IMG/VR virus record: IMGVR_UViG_3300047160_003987 | From: an uncultured virus (IMG/VR IMGVR_UViG_3300047160_003987) | Lineage: Duplodnaviria; Heunggongvirae; Uroviricota; Caudoviricetes | Direction: 5' to 3' (one strand) | DNA: 64,000 nucleotides | Shown here: piece by piece, positions 8,160-16,650 of the stretch | How positions within the stretch are numbered: position 1 is the stretch's first letter | How the letters are laid out: each line of letters begins with the position of its first letter | Position numbers and translations under genes: made by a program | Notes under the pieces: generated by a model | What the model saw: only the letters and a program-made list of their open reading frames with translations | What the model was told of the DNA's origin: nothing | Database searches by the model: none

Positions 8160-8635
8160 TAAGCCTTCGCTCGGTTCCATATTTTTAGAACCTTGAACTG
8201 GTCTTGGTGAAATATCCCGAACTGACTGTCGGGGGGGTCGTTGACCTTGATCGCGTACGGCTGCAGATCAAAAGGAAAGGGAATTTCCAGAATTGAGTAA
8301 GCGTCTATCTTCTTTTCGTCCTCGCTTACGAAACCATAAAGAAAATACTTCACGGTCCCCTTTCTGATCTTGTCAATCTCAGTCAGCGTACCATTGGGGC
8401 GAGACCATCTGATCGTGATATCGAATGGATGAGCAATAAGCCACTTGGCTGTGCGCAGCCGAAGCGCGCACCTGATCGTCGGAGCCGCCAGCACAAAAAA
8501 GTCCGTCGCTTCTTTCTGATCGGCCCACTGGTCCTGAATAAAGCTTGAAGCATCCAACCCGAAGAACCGGCCAAGAATGCGCTTGACCATATCGGCATGA
8601 TGCTTTTCCAGGCGCATGTCATCCTGAACAGTCAT
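8126..8635 (-). CDS. hypothetical protein, possible restriction-endonuclease-like fold
   Basis: ATGA-coupled to the MT-A70 gene; D..KEATD, DITIR, TEIDKI, YFLYGF pattern. Confidence 0.55.
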   Translation of the reverse strand: MTVQDDMRLEKHHADMVKRILGRFFGLDASSFIQDQWADQKEATDFFVLAAPTIRCALRLRTAKWLIAHPFDITIRWSRPNGTLTEIDKIRKGTVKYFLYGFVSEDEKKIDAYSILEIPFPFDLQPYAIKVNDPPDSQFGIFHQDQFKVLKIWNRAKAYHLPSSAEILE

Positions 8636-9720
8636 TCGGCTGCTCTCTTGAATTTCGCCGTCTCATTGCCAAACTGAGCAAAACCTGGATGCTGTTCACG
8701 AGAAAAAACATCCAGCCGTGATCCAGCTGTGACCCGCGCAATGAGTTCGTAGAATTCCTTCGGCTTGCGCGAGTGTTCACGCCGCGGCCATTCATTACAG
8801 ACAAAGAAATTTTTCGTGTCAACAAAGACCGGCGTACCCTTCCGAGCATAGACGATGAACTCGGCATTATACTGGGGCAGATCATGCGGTTGAAACCCGC
8901 CAGGCTTGTGCCAGATCATTGTCAGCACATACCGCAGCGACAATTGATCCAGTATAGCGAGGCAGGACGGCAGATATTTCTCTGTCGTCCACCAGAAAAT
9001 ATGAGCATCCAGCTTTAGCCTCGGCGCAATTTCTCTTTCCCAGTGAGCCTTAATTTCATCAAGCTTCATGACGGGATAGTCGAAGGCATCCTGGTTGGGT
9101 CTGACATCACGATCGATCTTCTGCATGTACCATGGCGGATCACTCACGACCACGTCGAACGGTCCTTCTGCGGAAAATGCCGCAGCCATGATCTTCCTTT
9201 TCATTTTCGCCTTGTTGTGCTGCCGGTGCTTTTGAAGGACCGCATTCGGGTTTACTGCCTTACCTTCATCGACAAGTTCTCTGCAATACCGGTCCTGCAC
9301 AGGTTCTGGAATTTCATTCAGCTTTGTAGCCCGCGCCGATCGCTTATAACCAATGCCCATCTCGGCCCGCGTTGGGATGTTCTTTTCTGGCACTTCCACT
9401 AGGGCCATGCCAGTAATTAACCCGCGCTGCCCACGTTTCCCTGGCTTCGCACCTCGTATCTGCCCTTGTGTCCCCTTGGCCTTCCCGATGATAGTTAATT
9501 CCCGAGCAAGACGTAATTCAGCCTTGACCCAGATCTCACCTGCTTTATTGGCCACATCACTCACTGCGGAATATTTCCTCTGAACTTCCTTCGCCTCGAC
9601 AATTACCGCGTCGAGTTCAGATAATGTTCGCGCCCCTTTGATCTCTATAGCGAGACGTTCCAATGCCTTGAGAACTTTTGGCACTTCTGCAAATGTCTTG
9701 AATGAAACAATTTTCCCCAT
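8632..9720 (-). CDS. MT-A70 family N6-adenine methyltransferase
   Basis: FDVVVSDPPW, YPVM, IWHKP, EHSRKP, RLDVFSRE, FGNE. Confidence 0.92.
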   Translation of the reverse strand: MGKIVSFKTFAEVPKVLKALERLAIEIKGARTLSELDAVIVEAKEVQRKYSAVSDVANKAGEIWVKAELRLARELTIIGKAKGTQGQIRGAKPGKRGQRGLITGMALVEVPEKNIPTRAEMGIGYKRSARATKLNEIPEPVQDRYCRELVDEGKAVNPNAVLQKHRQHNKAKMKRKIMAAAFSAEGPFDVVVSDPPWYMQKIDRDVRPNQDAFDYPVMKLDEIKAHWEREIAPRLKLDAHIFWWTTEKYLPSCLAILDQLSLRYVLTMIWHKPGGFQPHDLPQYNAEFIVYARKGTPVFVDTKNFFVCNEWPRREHSRKPKEFYELIARVTAGSRLDVFSREQHPGFAQFGNETAKFKRAAE

Positions 9721-9721
9721 A

Positions 9722-10201
9722 TTACCAATTCCTCCCTATTGGTGGTCTTATCGCCCACCAGGCCAATAACATCGCCTCGGCCCTGTTGTGATCTCGTTTG
9801 CGAGGCAGGAAGTTTTCGAGATGAGGCCATAGCCTGAGCGCCAACCCGCGGGATGCTTCCTTGTCTTCACTGATCAGCTTAAAATAGCTTTTCCATGTCT
9901 GCGGCGCGACCAGTTCGAGCGGCGCACCAGTCGCTATGATGCTGGCCGCTTTGAGCATCCCATAGGTCACGCCGAAGCGGAATGACCCGACACGACCATC
10001 GCGCGGCATCGAATGGACTTCCTCGATGACAACGCGCTGTGGCATCAGACGATACATCCAAGGCCACAGCGCGCCGACATTGATCTCCCGCCGCTTGCCG
10101 ACATTGAGGGTCGGAAGATCAATGACATCAGCGAACTCGCCATTGGTCGGGTCTAGCGCAGCGGCGGCCCCATCAATACCAGGATCGATCGCGATGATCA
10201 C
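9722..10201 (-). CDS. RuvC-like Holliday junction resolvase
   Basis: IIAIDPG, VVIEEV, FRFG..YG, VAPQTWK, RAEAMLLA. Confidence 0.88.
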   Translation of the reverse strand: MIIAIDPGIDGAAAALDPTNGEFADVIDLPTLNVGKRREINVGALWPWMYRLMPQRVVIEEVHSMPRDGRVGSFRFGVTYGMLKAASIIATGAPLELVAPQTWKSYFKLISEDKEASRGLALRLWPHLENFLPRKRDHNRAEAMLLAWWAIRPPIGRNW

Positions 10202-10959
10202 GCCGCAGGTTCTTGACGCTTGGTAAACAGCGGACGCTCTTCCACGACGTCAGCCACAGCCTTGATCTGATGCGCTCTGAACTGCGATCGCGTCATCGAG
10301 ACACCAGAAGAGACCGGTACCTCTTCCTCATCAAGCTTTTTGAACCCTTTGGTAAGCTCTTCTTGATGATCGTGAAAGCCGCGCATGTAGGCATCATATC
10401 CAGGCGTGCCGGGTGCGTAGACCGGCGATGCCGGCTCGCCGGTACGACTGGCTTCCTCACCATCGGCATAGGCCATCATCTCAACATCATGACTGTCTTC
10501 TTCCTGCATGAACAGATCTAGCTGCTTGCCGAGGGAATACCCAAGCCAGCCAGCGATCGTGCAGTCTCGTGCGATCTGCATTTTGATCTGTTTCTCGCCT
10601 GCTTCCGCTTGCAGTCGGAAAGCCATGTCGAAGTCGCGCTGTAAAAACCCGTCCGCTTTGGCTGACTTGTACCCGTTGCGCACGTTTGACTGCGCCGTCG
10701 CCAACGCAGCTTTGAGCTTTGCTATTTTGGGGAGATGAACATCGAGAAACAATTTCTTTGCCTCGGCATCCACCTTGGCATTGCGCCGAAGCGCGATCTC
10801 CGGGGCCCTGTCTATAGTCCTGGCAGACCTCATTGCCGCTTTGCGCTTGATGCCGGCCGGTATGCGCTTCGCTTTTGCTTTCTTGGTAGCTCGCTGTTTC
10901 ATCGATGTCTCCGTCATGTGAGTAGGGAAGGGCGGACCCGGCAGCACCTGGGGGGACAC
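10198..10959 (-). CDS. hypothetical protein; GapR/DUF2312-like central region and RMF-like C-terminal motif (start uncertain, 10917 possible)
   Basis: VRNGYKSAKADGF...F segment; AYADG...PVY...YMRGF segment. Confidence 0.55.
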   Translation of the reverse strand: MSPQVLPGPPFPTHMTETSMKQRATKKAKAKRIPAGIKRKAAMRSARTIDRAPEIALRRNAKVDAEAKKLFLDVHLPKIAKLKAALATAQSNVRNGYKSAKADGFLQRDFDMAFRLQAEAGEKQIKMQIARDCTIAGWLGYSLGKQLDLFMQEEDSHDVEMMAYADGEEASRTGEPASPVYAPGTPGYDAYMRGFHDHQEELTKGFKKLDEEEVPVSSGVSMTRSQFRAHQIKAVADVVEERPLFTKRQEPAA

Positions 10960-11029
10960 TGCTGCCGGGCCCTATCGCGGCCTTCTATCCGTCCGAGGGG
11001 GGCACGACGAACGGACTTCCAGCCCCGAA

Positions 11030-11245
11030 TTACGTATAGTCGGAAGGTCGCAGATGTTCCCGGGAAATACCAATGGCCTTAGACAATTTTGTCACATGCT
11101 TCAACGGGATCACCTTCCACCTGGTTATGGCCTGTCTGCTGATCCCCAATATCTCGGCGAGCTGCACTCGGGTATACCCGCGCCTAAGCAGGTTCCGATA
11201 TGCCTCTCTATCGTTTCTGTGGATAACTTGCCAATTACTGCCCAT
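11030..11245 (-). CDS. Cro-like HTH regulator
   Basis: QLAEILGISRQAITRWKVIP...ISREHLRPSDY; divergent from the recombination operon. Confidence 0.85.
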   Translation of the reverse strand: MGSNWQVIHRNDREAYRNLLRRGYTRVQLAEILGISRQAITRWKVIPLKHVTKLSKAIGISREHLRPSDYT

Positions 11246-11337
11246 GCCACATTATGCCGATGCAAAGCTATGTTGACAAGAACAATACATCCGTTTACGA
11301 AAGACCCATGGGCCACAGGGGCCCGCTGGAGCATCAC
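11217..11337 (+). promoter_or_regulatory. early module copy 4
   Basis: CTGTGGATAACT (11217-11228), TTGACA (11273-11278)-17 nt-TACGAA-8 nt-GGGCCACAGGGGCCC (11310-11324), GGAGCATCAC-ATG. Confidence 0.75.
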
Positions 11338-11562
11338 ATGTCTGACTTCCCCACCATGATCATCGAACTGAACGACAATTCTTTCTGGCAAGTTCGCGAG
11401 ACCGGTTCTGCCGATCTTGCTCACGTCTGGCTCGGTGTTCAGGGCCGCTTCAATGCCAAGACCAAGGTCTTCACACCAAAGCCGAACCGCAAAGGCTCAG
11501 GCAACCGTCCCCGGCTAGTTTCCAAAGCTCACTGCTATCGCGTTCACGTGGCTGCCAATTAG
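11338..11562 (+). CDS. hypothetical early protein
   Basis: Start MSDFPTMI directly after the leader motif. Confidence 0.7.
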   Translation: MSDFPTMIIELNDNSFWQVRETGSADLAHVWLGVQGRFNAKTKVFTPKPNRKGSGNRPRLVSKAHCYRVHVAAN

Positions 11563-11578
11563 GCAGCCACTTCCTTTC
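11548..11578 (+). terminator. hairpin, possible intrinsic terminator
   Basis: GTGGCTGCC-AATTA-GGCAGCCAC then TTCCTTT. Confidence 0.5.
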
Positions 11579-11610
11579 CTCATTCCCGCAACCAACACCG
11601 AGCATCACCC

Positions 11611-11775
11611 ATGTTTACCGTTGAAACCTCGAATGGCCAATATGCCAAATTTTTCAGCCTCCAGGACGCCAAACGGTTCGCCGAAAACCTCAGGGAACTG
11701 ACCGGCAGGAACTATGACATTTACAAGCATGAGATGGTCTGGACGACGTCGCTGCTGGAGGAGGCATACCCATGA
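11611..11775 (+). CDS. 54-aa hypothetical protein (below cutoff)
   Basis: GAGCATCACCC-ATG; MFTVETSNGQYAKFFSLQDAKRFAENL...EEAYP*. Confidence 0.65.
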   Translation: MFTVETSNGQYAKFFSLQDAKRFAENLRELTGRNYDIYKHEMVWTTSLLEEAYP

Positions 11776-11870
11776 AAAAGGATCTTCTTGTCGACATCGG
11801 AATATGCCTGTTCCAAGCTGCCTGCGTTACCGTCATCATCATCGCCCTAGCAACTTTGATCGGAGTCTGA
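11772..11870 (+). CDS. 32-aa single-TM peptide
   Basis: GGAGGAGG RBS, ATGA overlap; MKKDLLVDIGICLFQAACVTVIIIALATLIGV*. Confidence 0.55.
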   Translation: MKKDLLVDIGICLFQAACVTVIIIALATLIGV

Positions 11871-11871
11871 C

Positions 11872-12768
11872 ATGTCAAACGTTGAAACCCGCGGCATTGG
11901 CGACAACGTCAACGTCGATCAAGCCAAGATCGTCACCAACCGCTTAGAACTCGACTATGCGGAAAGCGTCAAGCGGGTCCACAAATTGTGCGATGAAGCC
12001 CTCGCCCAGCCTGACGTCGTCCTCAGTGATCAGACTGCCCTGCAGCTGGGCGCCCTAATCAAACGCATCCGCGATCATGATCGCAAACTTGAAGCCTTTC
12101 GTGTCGCCGAGAAAGACCCTTATTTGCGCGCCGAACAGGGGGTCGACACTTTCTTCTTTTCGCTTCGTGATCTTTTGACAAGACGGAATAAAAATGACCG
12201 CGCGGTGAAGCCCGGTGCAGCCGATGATCTGCAGGCGCGGATCGACCGCTGGCAGGATGAAAAAGCGGCCAAGGAAAAGGCTCGCCTGGAAGCCGAGCGC
12301 CAACGCGCCGAGCGTGAGGCCGCGGAAGAAGCCGCTAAGCTAGCCGCGGCACAGGCAGAAGCTGATGAGGCTGCCCGGGCGGCTAGCCGGGCCAGGTCCT
12401 ATCAGAAAAAAAACCAACTCGCCGAATTGGCTCGCGATGCTTCCGACCGTGAGGCGGATGCCAAGGCGGCGGCCGATCTTGCGGCCATCAGGGCCGAGGA
12501 GGCCCGCGTAGCTACGCTGGCCAAGCCGGCTGACTTGGTCAGAGTCCGTGGCAATGATGCCAATGGAGGCGGTGTCACACTGACAGCCGCGCGCGAGGGC
12601 TACGCTATCCTCATCGATCGCAACAAACTCGATCTCAATGCCATACTTCCGTATCTTACCGATAGCGAGCTTGAGAAAGCATTGCGCGGGTTTGCCAAAG
12701 CCACTGGCTACGTGAAGCAACTTCCCGGCGCCGAGATCGGCTTCAAAAATAGAGGGGTGACCCGCTAA
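11872..12768 (+). CDS. coiled-coil protein of the recombination operon
   Basis: 298 aa, Ala/Glu/Arg-rich helix, ends LPGAEIGF. Confidence 0.75.
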   Translation: MSNVETRGIGDNVNVDQAKIVTNRLELDYAESVKRVHKLCDEALAQPDVVLSDQTALQLGALIKRIRDHDRKLEAFRVAEKDPYLRAEQGVDTFFFSLRDLLTRRNKNDRAVKPGAADDLQARIDRWQDEKAAKEKARLEAERQRAEREAAEEAAKLAAAQAEADEAARAASRARSYQKKNQLAELARDASDREADAKAAADLAAIRAEEARVATLAKPADLVRVRGNDANGGGVTLTAAREGYAILIDRNKLDLNAILPYLTDSELEKALRGFAKATGYVKQLPGAEIGFKNRGVTR

Positions 12769-13028
12769 TGTCTATGCAGCAAGATATCAACAACAAAGTT
12801 GAGGCTGAGTTTAGCCGATGGTTGATCACCTCGGTGGATCTTTACAGAACGGCTGACCTTCCTTTCGAAGCATCAACCGAGCATATAACATCCCTCATGT
12901 TGACGGGCGCGCTCTCGGCGCTGATGGCCAACATGAAAGGCCCGAAAAATAAAAAGCTGAAAAAAATACACGCCGCTATTGATACCGCATTCGAAATAGC
13001 CTGTAAGCGCGCGGATAAGGAACTTTAA
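12768..13028 (+). CDS. hypothetical protein
   Basis: TAATG-coupled 86-aa ORF. Confidence 0.6.
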   Translation: MSMQQDINNKVEAEFSRWLITSVDLYRTADLPFEASTEHITSLMLTGALSALMANMKGPKNKKLKKIHAAIDTAFEIACKRADKEL

Positions 13029-13091
13029 AACAATGAAACGCCCATACATTCCGCTGCACGCGCCGGTAAAGAGGAAGAAGATTGTCTAACC

Positions 13092-13577
13092 ATGAAACGA
13101 CCAAATGTTCCTTTCCGAATAAGACTTAAGGTGCTCGAAAGACAAGTTTTCCTCGACCGCAAATTTTTGAACGAGGATGAGAGGGAAGCATATCGCGAAT
13201 GGTGCAATCTGCGCTGCCACGGCAAGAACATGCGTTGCAAGATACGCATCCTGATCGAGATCTTGTTCGGCGGCAGACAGGTTGAGCTGGACCATGATCC
13301 GGCTCTGGTATTACGACGCAGGAATAAGCGCACAGGTGACTATATACCTGCTGCTAACAATCCTCGCTTTCTCGTGTATCGGACTAAACCTGATCACCTG
13401 CGCAAGACTATTGGGCGAGCTACCGGCGCTGAACGAACCGTCACAAGCAAAGGATCGGATCGATGGCTGGCGAAAAAATTCCAGAAACTGGAACACCCGA
13501 AAAAGTCGAAGTCACGGAAGATACCATCGAGATCGTTCCGTCGCGCATCGCCACGACCGGCGCCCTCCTGCCGGTGA
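13092..13577 (+). CDS. HNH-like endonuclease (degenerate)
   Basis: ELDHDPAL...NNPRFL...HLRKT, basic tail. Confidence 0.6.
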   Translation: MKRPNVPFRIRLKVLERQVFLDRKFLNEDEREAYREWCNLRCHGKNMRCKIRILIEILFGGRQVELDHDPALVLRRRNKRTGDYIPAANNPRFLVYRTKPDHLRKTIGRATGAERTVTSKGSDRWLAKKFQKLEHPKKSKSRKIPSRSFRRASPRPAPSCR

Positions 13578-13804
13578 TCATCTGTGACTGTTGCGGAAAA
13601 GGGTTTTTGAATTGGCTACCAAGCGGGGTCGATGAGGATCCGCTGTGGTACTGGGACGGAGGCAACGTCGGCGGTTATGTCTGCGGTGGAGCCCTCAGAA
13701 TGATCAGCCGCGAAACTGCCATCATGATCGCGGATAATTTTCAAAAGATAGGAGTGGAAGCATGGTTAAGAGGACAACGAAAGCCGGACGAATTACTGCA
13801 ATAG
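13574..13804 (+). CDS. small Cys-containing hypothetical protein
   Basis: GTGA-coupled; ICDCCGKG...YVCGG. Confidence 0.5.
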   Translation: MIICDCCGKGFLNWLPSGVDEDPLWYWDGGNVGGYVCGGALRMISRETAIMIADNFQKIGVEAWLRGQRKPDELLQ

Positions 13805-14658
13805 TGCCGGCGCACAATGTAGTCGCGATAGATAGCACATCGCGGCTGATGCAGGCCATTGCCATAGCGGCCGCGGACCCGAAGTGCAATGTGCAGAAGA
13901 TGCAGGCGCTGCAAAAGATGTTCGAGGACATGGAGGATCGTCTGGCGAAGATCGCCTATGACAATGCACTCGCCGAACTGCAGGCTGAACTGCCTCAAAT
14001 AGATCGCACCGGCCGGCTGATCATCCGCAAGAAAGACCCGAAAACCGGCGAGAGAACCGGCCCCATTGACCAGGCGACGGCTTATGCGAGATGGGAAGAC
14101 ATCATGGATATTCTGCGGCCGGTCCTCAGCCGGTTCAGGTTCTCGCTGTCATTTCGCACCGCCAATGATGATGCCGGACGCATCAAGGTAACCGGTGTCC
14201 TGGCGCGCAGTGGGCATCGCGAGGAGACTACCATCACGCTACAGCATGATAGCACCGGCTCGAAAAACCCGGTGCAGGCGGTCGGATCATCCAACTCATA
14301 CGGCAAACGCTACACTGCTGGACTGCTTCTGAACATCGTCACCTGCGGCGAGGACGATGATGGCGGCACCCGACGCGAGCCTGCCGGCAGAAAGACAATA
14401 AGCCCCGAACAACATGCCGAATTGATCAAACTTGCAGAGGAAGCTGGCGCTGACATCGCACGGTTCTGCGCTATGCTCAAGGTCGACAGCCTCATCGACA
14501 TCCCGGCATTGCGGTATGAGGAAGCCAAGGCCCAGCTGTTGCGCAAGAAGAAGGCGAAGGAGAGAAAAGCCGCCGAGGCAACCTCTGACTTCCCGGGTGA
14601 CAGACCTCTCAAGACTGAACCACCCAAGAACGAGTTCACCAAGGGAGGGATGCGATGA
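13762..14658 (+). CDS. erf: ERF-family single-strand annealing protein
   Basis: YARWEDI..., SGH.E, QAVGSSNSYGKRYT...LNI...DDDG. Confidence 0.9.
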   Translation: MVKRTTKAGRITAIVPAHNVVAIDSTSRLMQAIAIAAADPKCNVQKMQALQKMFEDMEDRLAKIAYDNALAELQAELPQIDRTGRLIIRKKDPKTGERTGPIDQATAYARWEDIMDILRPVLSRFRFSLSFRTANDDAGRIKVTGVLARSGHREETTITLQHDSTGSKNPVQAVGSSNSYGKRYTAGLLLNIVTCGEDDDGGTRREPAGRKTISPEQHAELIKLAEEAGADIARFCAMLKVDSLIDIPALRYEEAKAQLLRKKKAKERKAAEATSDFPGDRPLKTEPPKNEFTKGGMR

Positions 14659-15293
14659 AGGTGATGAGAGAAAGACCGTCGATGACGTCTCGATATAACA
14701 TCATTGAGTGCGAGCAGGGATCGCCGGAATGGTACGCCGCCCGGCGCGGCATCCCGACATCAAGTCGCTTCGGCGATATGATGGCTATTGGCGAAGGCAA
14801 GACACGCCTGCGCTATATGCGTGAATTGGCTGCCGAAGTTATCACCAATGAAACCACCGAGACCTTTTCCAACGAAAAGATGGAGCGCGGCCGCAAGTTT
14901 CAGGCGAGGCTAGAGGCGATGTACCTCTATGACAATGACGATATCCAGGTCGAACACGTCGGCTTTATCCGTTCTACATTGATGGCGACGGGCTGCAGCC
15001 CGGATGGCTTGATCGGCGATCGGGGCATGGTTGAATTCAAGTCGACCGAGCCTCATTTGCTGGTCGAAATACTGCAGACCGGAAAAGTCCCGAACCACAG
15101 GGCGCAGGTACAGGGCCAGCTCTGGATCACAGGCCGCGAGTGGTGTGATCTCGTGATAGGCTGGCCAAAGATGCCGCTCTCAGTCACCCGCATCCACCGC
15201 GATGAGAGCTATATGGCTGGTCTACGGTTGGAGCTACAACGCTTCAATACCGAACTTGATCTTCTAGTCTCTCAATTGAAAGCGAAATTATGA
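14655..15293 (+). CDS. YqaJ/lambda-exonuclease-family recombinase exonuclease
   Basis: QGSPEWYAARRG..TSS, GCSPDGLI, VEFK, QVQGQLWITGREWCD. Confidence 0.92.
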   Translation: MKVMRERPSMTSRYNIIECEQGSPEWYAARRGIPTSSRFGDMMAIGEGKTRLRYMRELAAEVITNETTETFSNEKMERGRKFQARLEAMYLYDNDDIQVEHVGFIRSTLMATGCSPDGLIGDRGMVEFKSTEPHLLVEILQTGKVPNHRAQVQGQLWITGREWCDLVIGWPKMPLSVTRIHRDESYMAGLRLELQRFNTELDLLVSQLKAKL

Positions 15294-15805
15294 GACGTCG
15301 CCCGATCAAAGTCGTATGGACCGGCGCTTCGTTCGTTCCTCAGGGCCGGGAGATGACCTATTGTCAGCATATGTTCAGGGTTGGCGAGATCTTCACGATC
15401 GACCCCGAGCAGGAACGCGACATGAATTCACACCGGCATTATTTCGTCCAGCTGAAGGAAGCGTGGGAGAATTTGCCAGAGGAATATGGAGAGCAGTACC
15501 CGGACGAAGAAATTTTCCGCAAAAAGCTGTTGATCCAGTGCGGCTATTACAATGAGTCGAGCATCGTCTGCGACACCACCAATGACGCCTTCATCCTGGC
15601 TGCGTTCATGGCGGACGCGGATAGGTCAGCTACGATCAACGTGCACGGCAATGTCATTCAGAAATTTGTGGCGCGATCCCAGAAAGTGCAGTTAATGGGA
15701 CGGAAAGAGTTTCAGCAGTCGAAATGGGCGGTGCTCGAATTGGCTGCCTGTATGATCAATGTCACCCCAAAACAGCTGGAAAAAAATGCCGGGAGGAGCG
15801 CCTAA
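15290..15805 (+). CDS. recombination-operon protein (NinB/DUF1367-like)
   Basis: R...SHRHYF..LKEAWENLPE, RKKLLIQCGY, M..KEFQQSK. Confidence 0.6.
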   Translation: MRRRPIKVVWTGASFVPQGREMTYCQHMFRVGEIFTIDPEQERDMNSHRHYFVQLKEAWENLPEEYGEQYPDEEIFRKKLLIQCGYYNESSIVCDTTNDAFILAAFMADADRSATINVHGNVIQKFVARSQKVQLMGRKEFQQSKWAVLELAACMINVTPKQLEKNAGRSA

Positions 15806-16208
15806 AAAAGTACCTGATGAGATCGTGGCCTTTATCAAGGAGATCATCAACATTGACCGGCGCGAGCGACAGATGGCAGGCTTTATCCAGGGAACCACCC
15901 ATCTGGTAGACCGGATCGCTGCACACTTTGGCCTCAGCGTTGACTATGTGCAAGACATCAAGAAATTGAAAGAACGCCGGTATGTGCGTGCGTCCCTGTT
16001 ATTAGCAAACGACTGGTATACGGTTCCACTTGAAAAGCTTGAGCGAATACGTCAACGCCGCATACGTAAAGGTTTTATAGAGGGCCCCTGGAAGCCGGTC
16101 TATACGTACGGCCGTCCTGGTACGGGAAGCTTCAAACAACGACTGAGGCGCCGCGCTAAGCGATCTAAAGGGGCATTACGCAGGCTTCCCCCCAAACAAC
16201 AGCATTAG
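15759..16208 (+). CDS. basic hypothetical protein (start probably 15786)
   Basis: Last plus-strand ORF; HTH-like segment and Arg-rich tail. Confidence 0.55.
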   Translation: MSPQNSWKKMPGGAPKKVPDEIVAFIKEIINIDRRERQMAGFIQGTTHLVDRIAAHFGLSVDYVQDIKKLKERRYVRASLLLANDWYTVPLEKLERIRQRRIRKGFIEGPWKPVYTYGRPGTGSFKQRLRRRAKRSKGALRRLPPKQQH

Positions 16209-16501
16209 AACTCTTTCGGGCGACGGTAGATGCAAAACAGGCTCTGCCCCCGGGAACAAACATGGTCCTGGTCATCCTCCGACCAATGCAGCCTCGGGTC
16301 GGAATAAGACAACATCGGAAACCCGCGGACCCTGACACCATCCTTCAGTTCTTCGACCACCCCATTGGGAACCGGGCGGCAGTCAGCCCCGCCACAGCAT
16401 TGCGGTGAATACCAGCTGTGACCTTGCGCAGATGCGCATGCGCATAAAACCATCCCCATTAGAATACCGACCGCGACCTTAACCAGTTGGAATATCATCA
16501 C
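16205..16501 (-). CDS. small secreted Cys-rich protein
   Basis: Hydrophobic N-terminus then HSWYSPQCCGGADCRPV...HVC...FCIY. Confidence 0.7.
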   Translation of the reverse strand: MMIFQLVKVAVGILMGMVLCACASAQGHSWYSPQCCGGADCRPVPNGVVEELKDGVRVRGFPMLSYSDPRLHWSEDDQDHVCSRGQSLFCIYRRPKEF

Positions 16502-16604
16502 TATCCTTCCGAGGTTCCAAATAGGCCGTTAATTTGGCAAATTAGCCGCCAATTTCTTTTTGTTCCCCCGACGTTCCGCCTCTGTTCGAACCTCGGACAA
16601 AATG

Positions 16605-16649
16605 CCCCCCCCCTATTTCTGTCCGGGACAGAAACTAAACGGGGGGGCG
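16605..16649 (-). terminator. long hairpin after the endolysin gene
   Basis: C-tract/G-tract arms around TTTCTGTCC/GGACAGAAA; ATTTT follows on minus strand. Confidence 0.55.
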
Positions 16650-16650
16650 G

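Noticed and set aside
16502..16604. GTTCGA-containing intergenic stretch as a tRNA
   Set aside because: No cloverleaf or acceptor stem found; only a short inverted repeat (TCCGAGGTTC/GAACCTCGGA).
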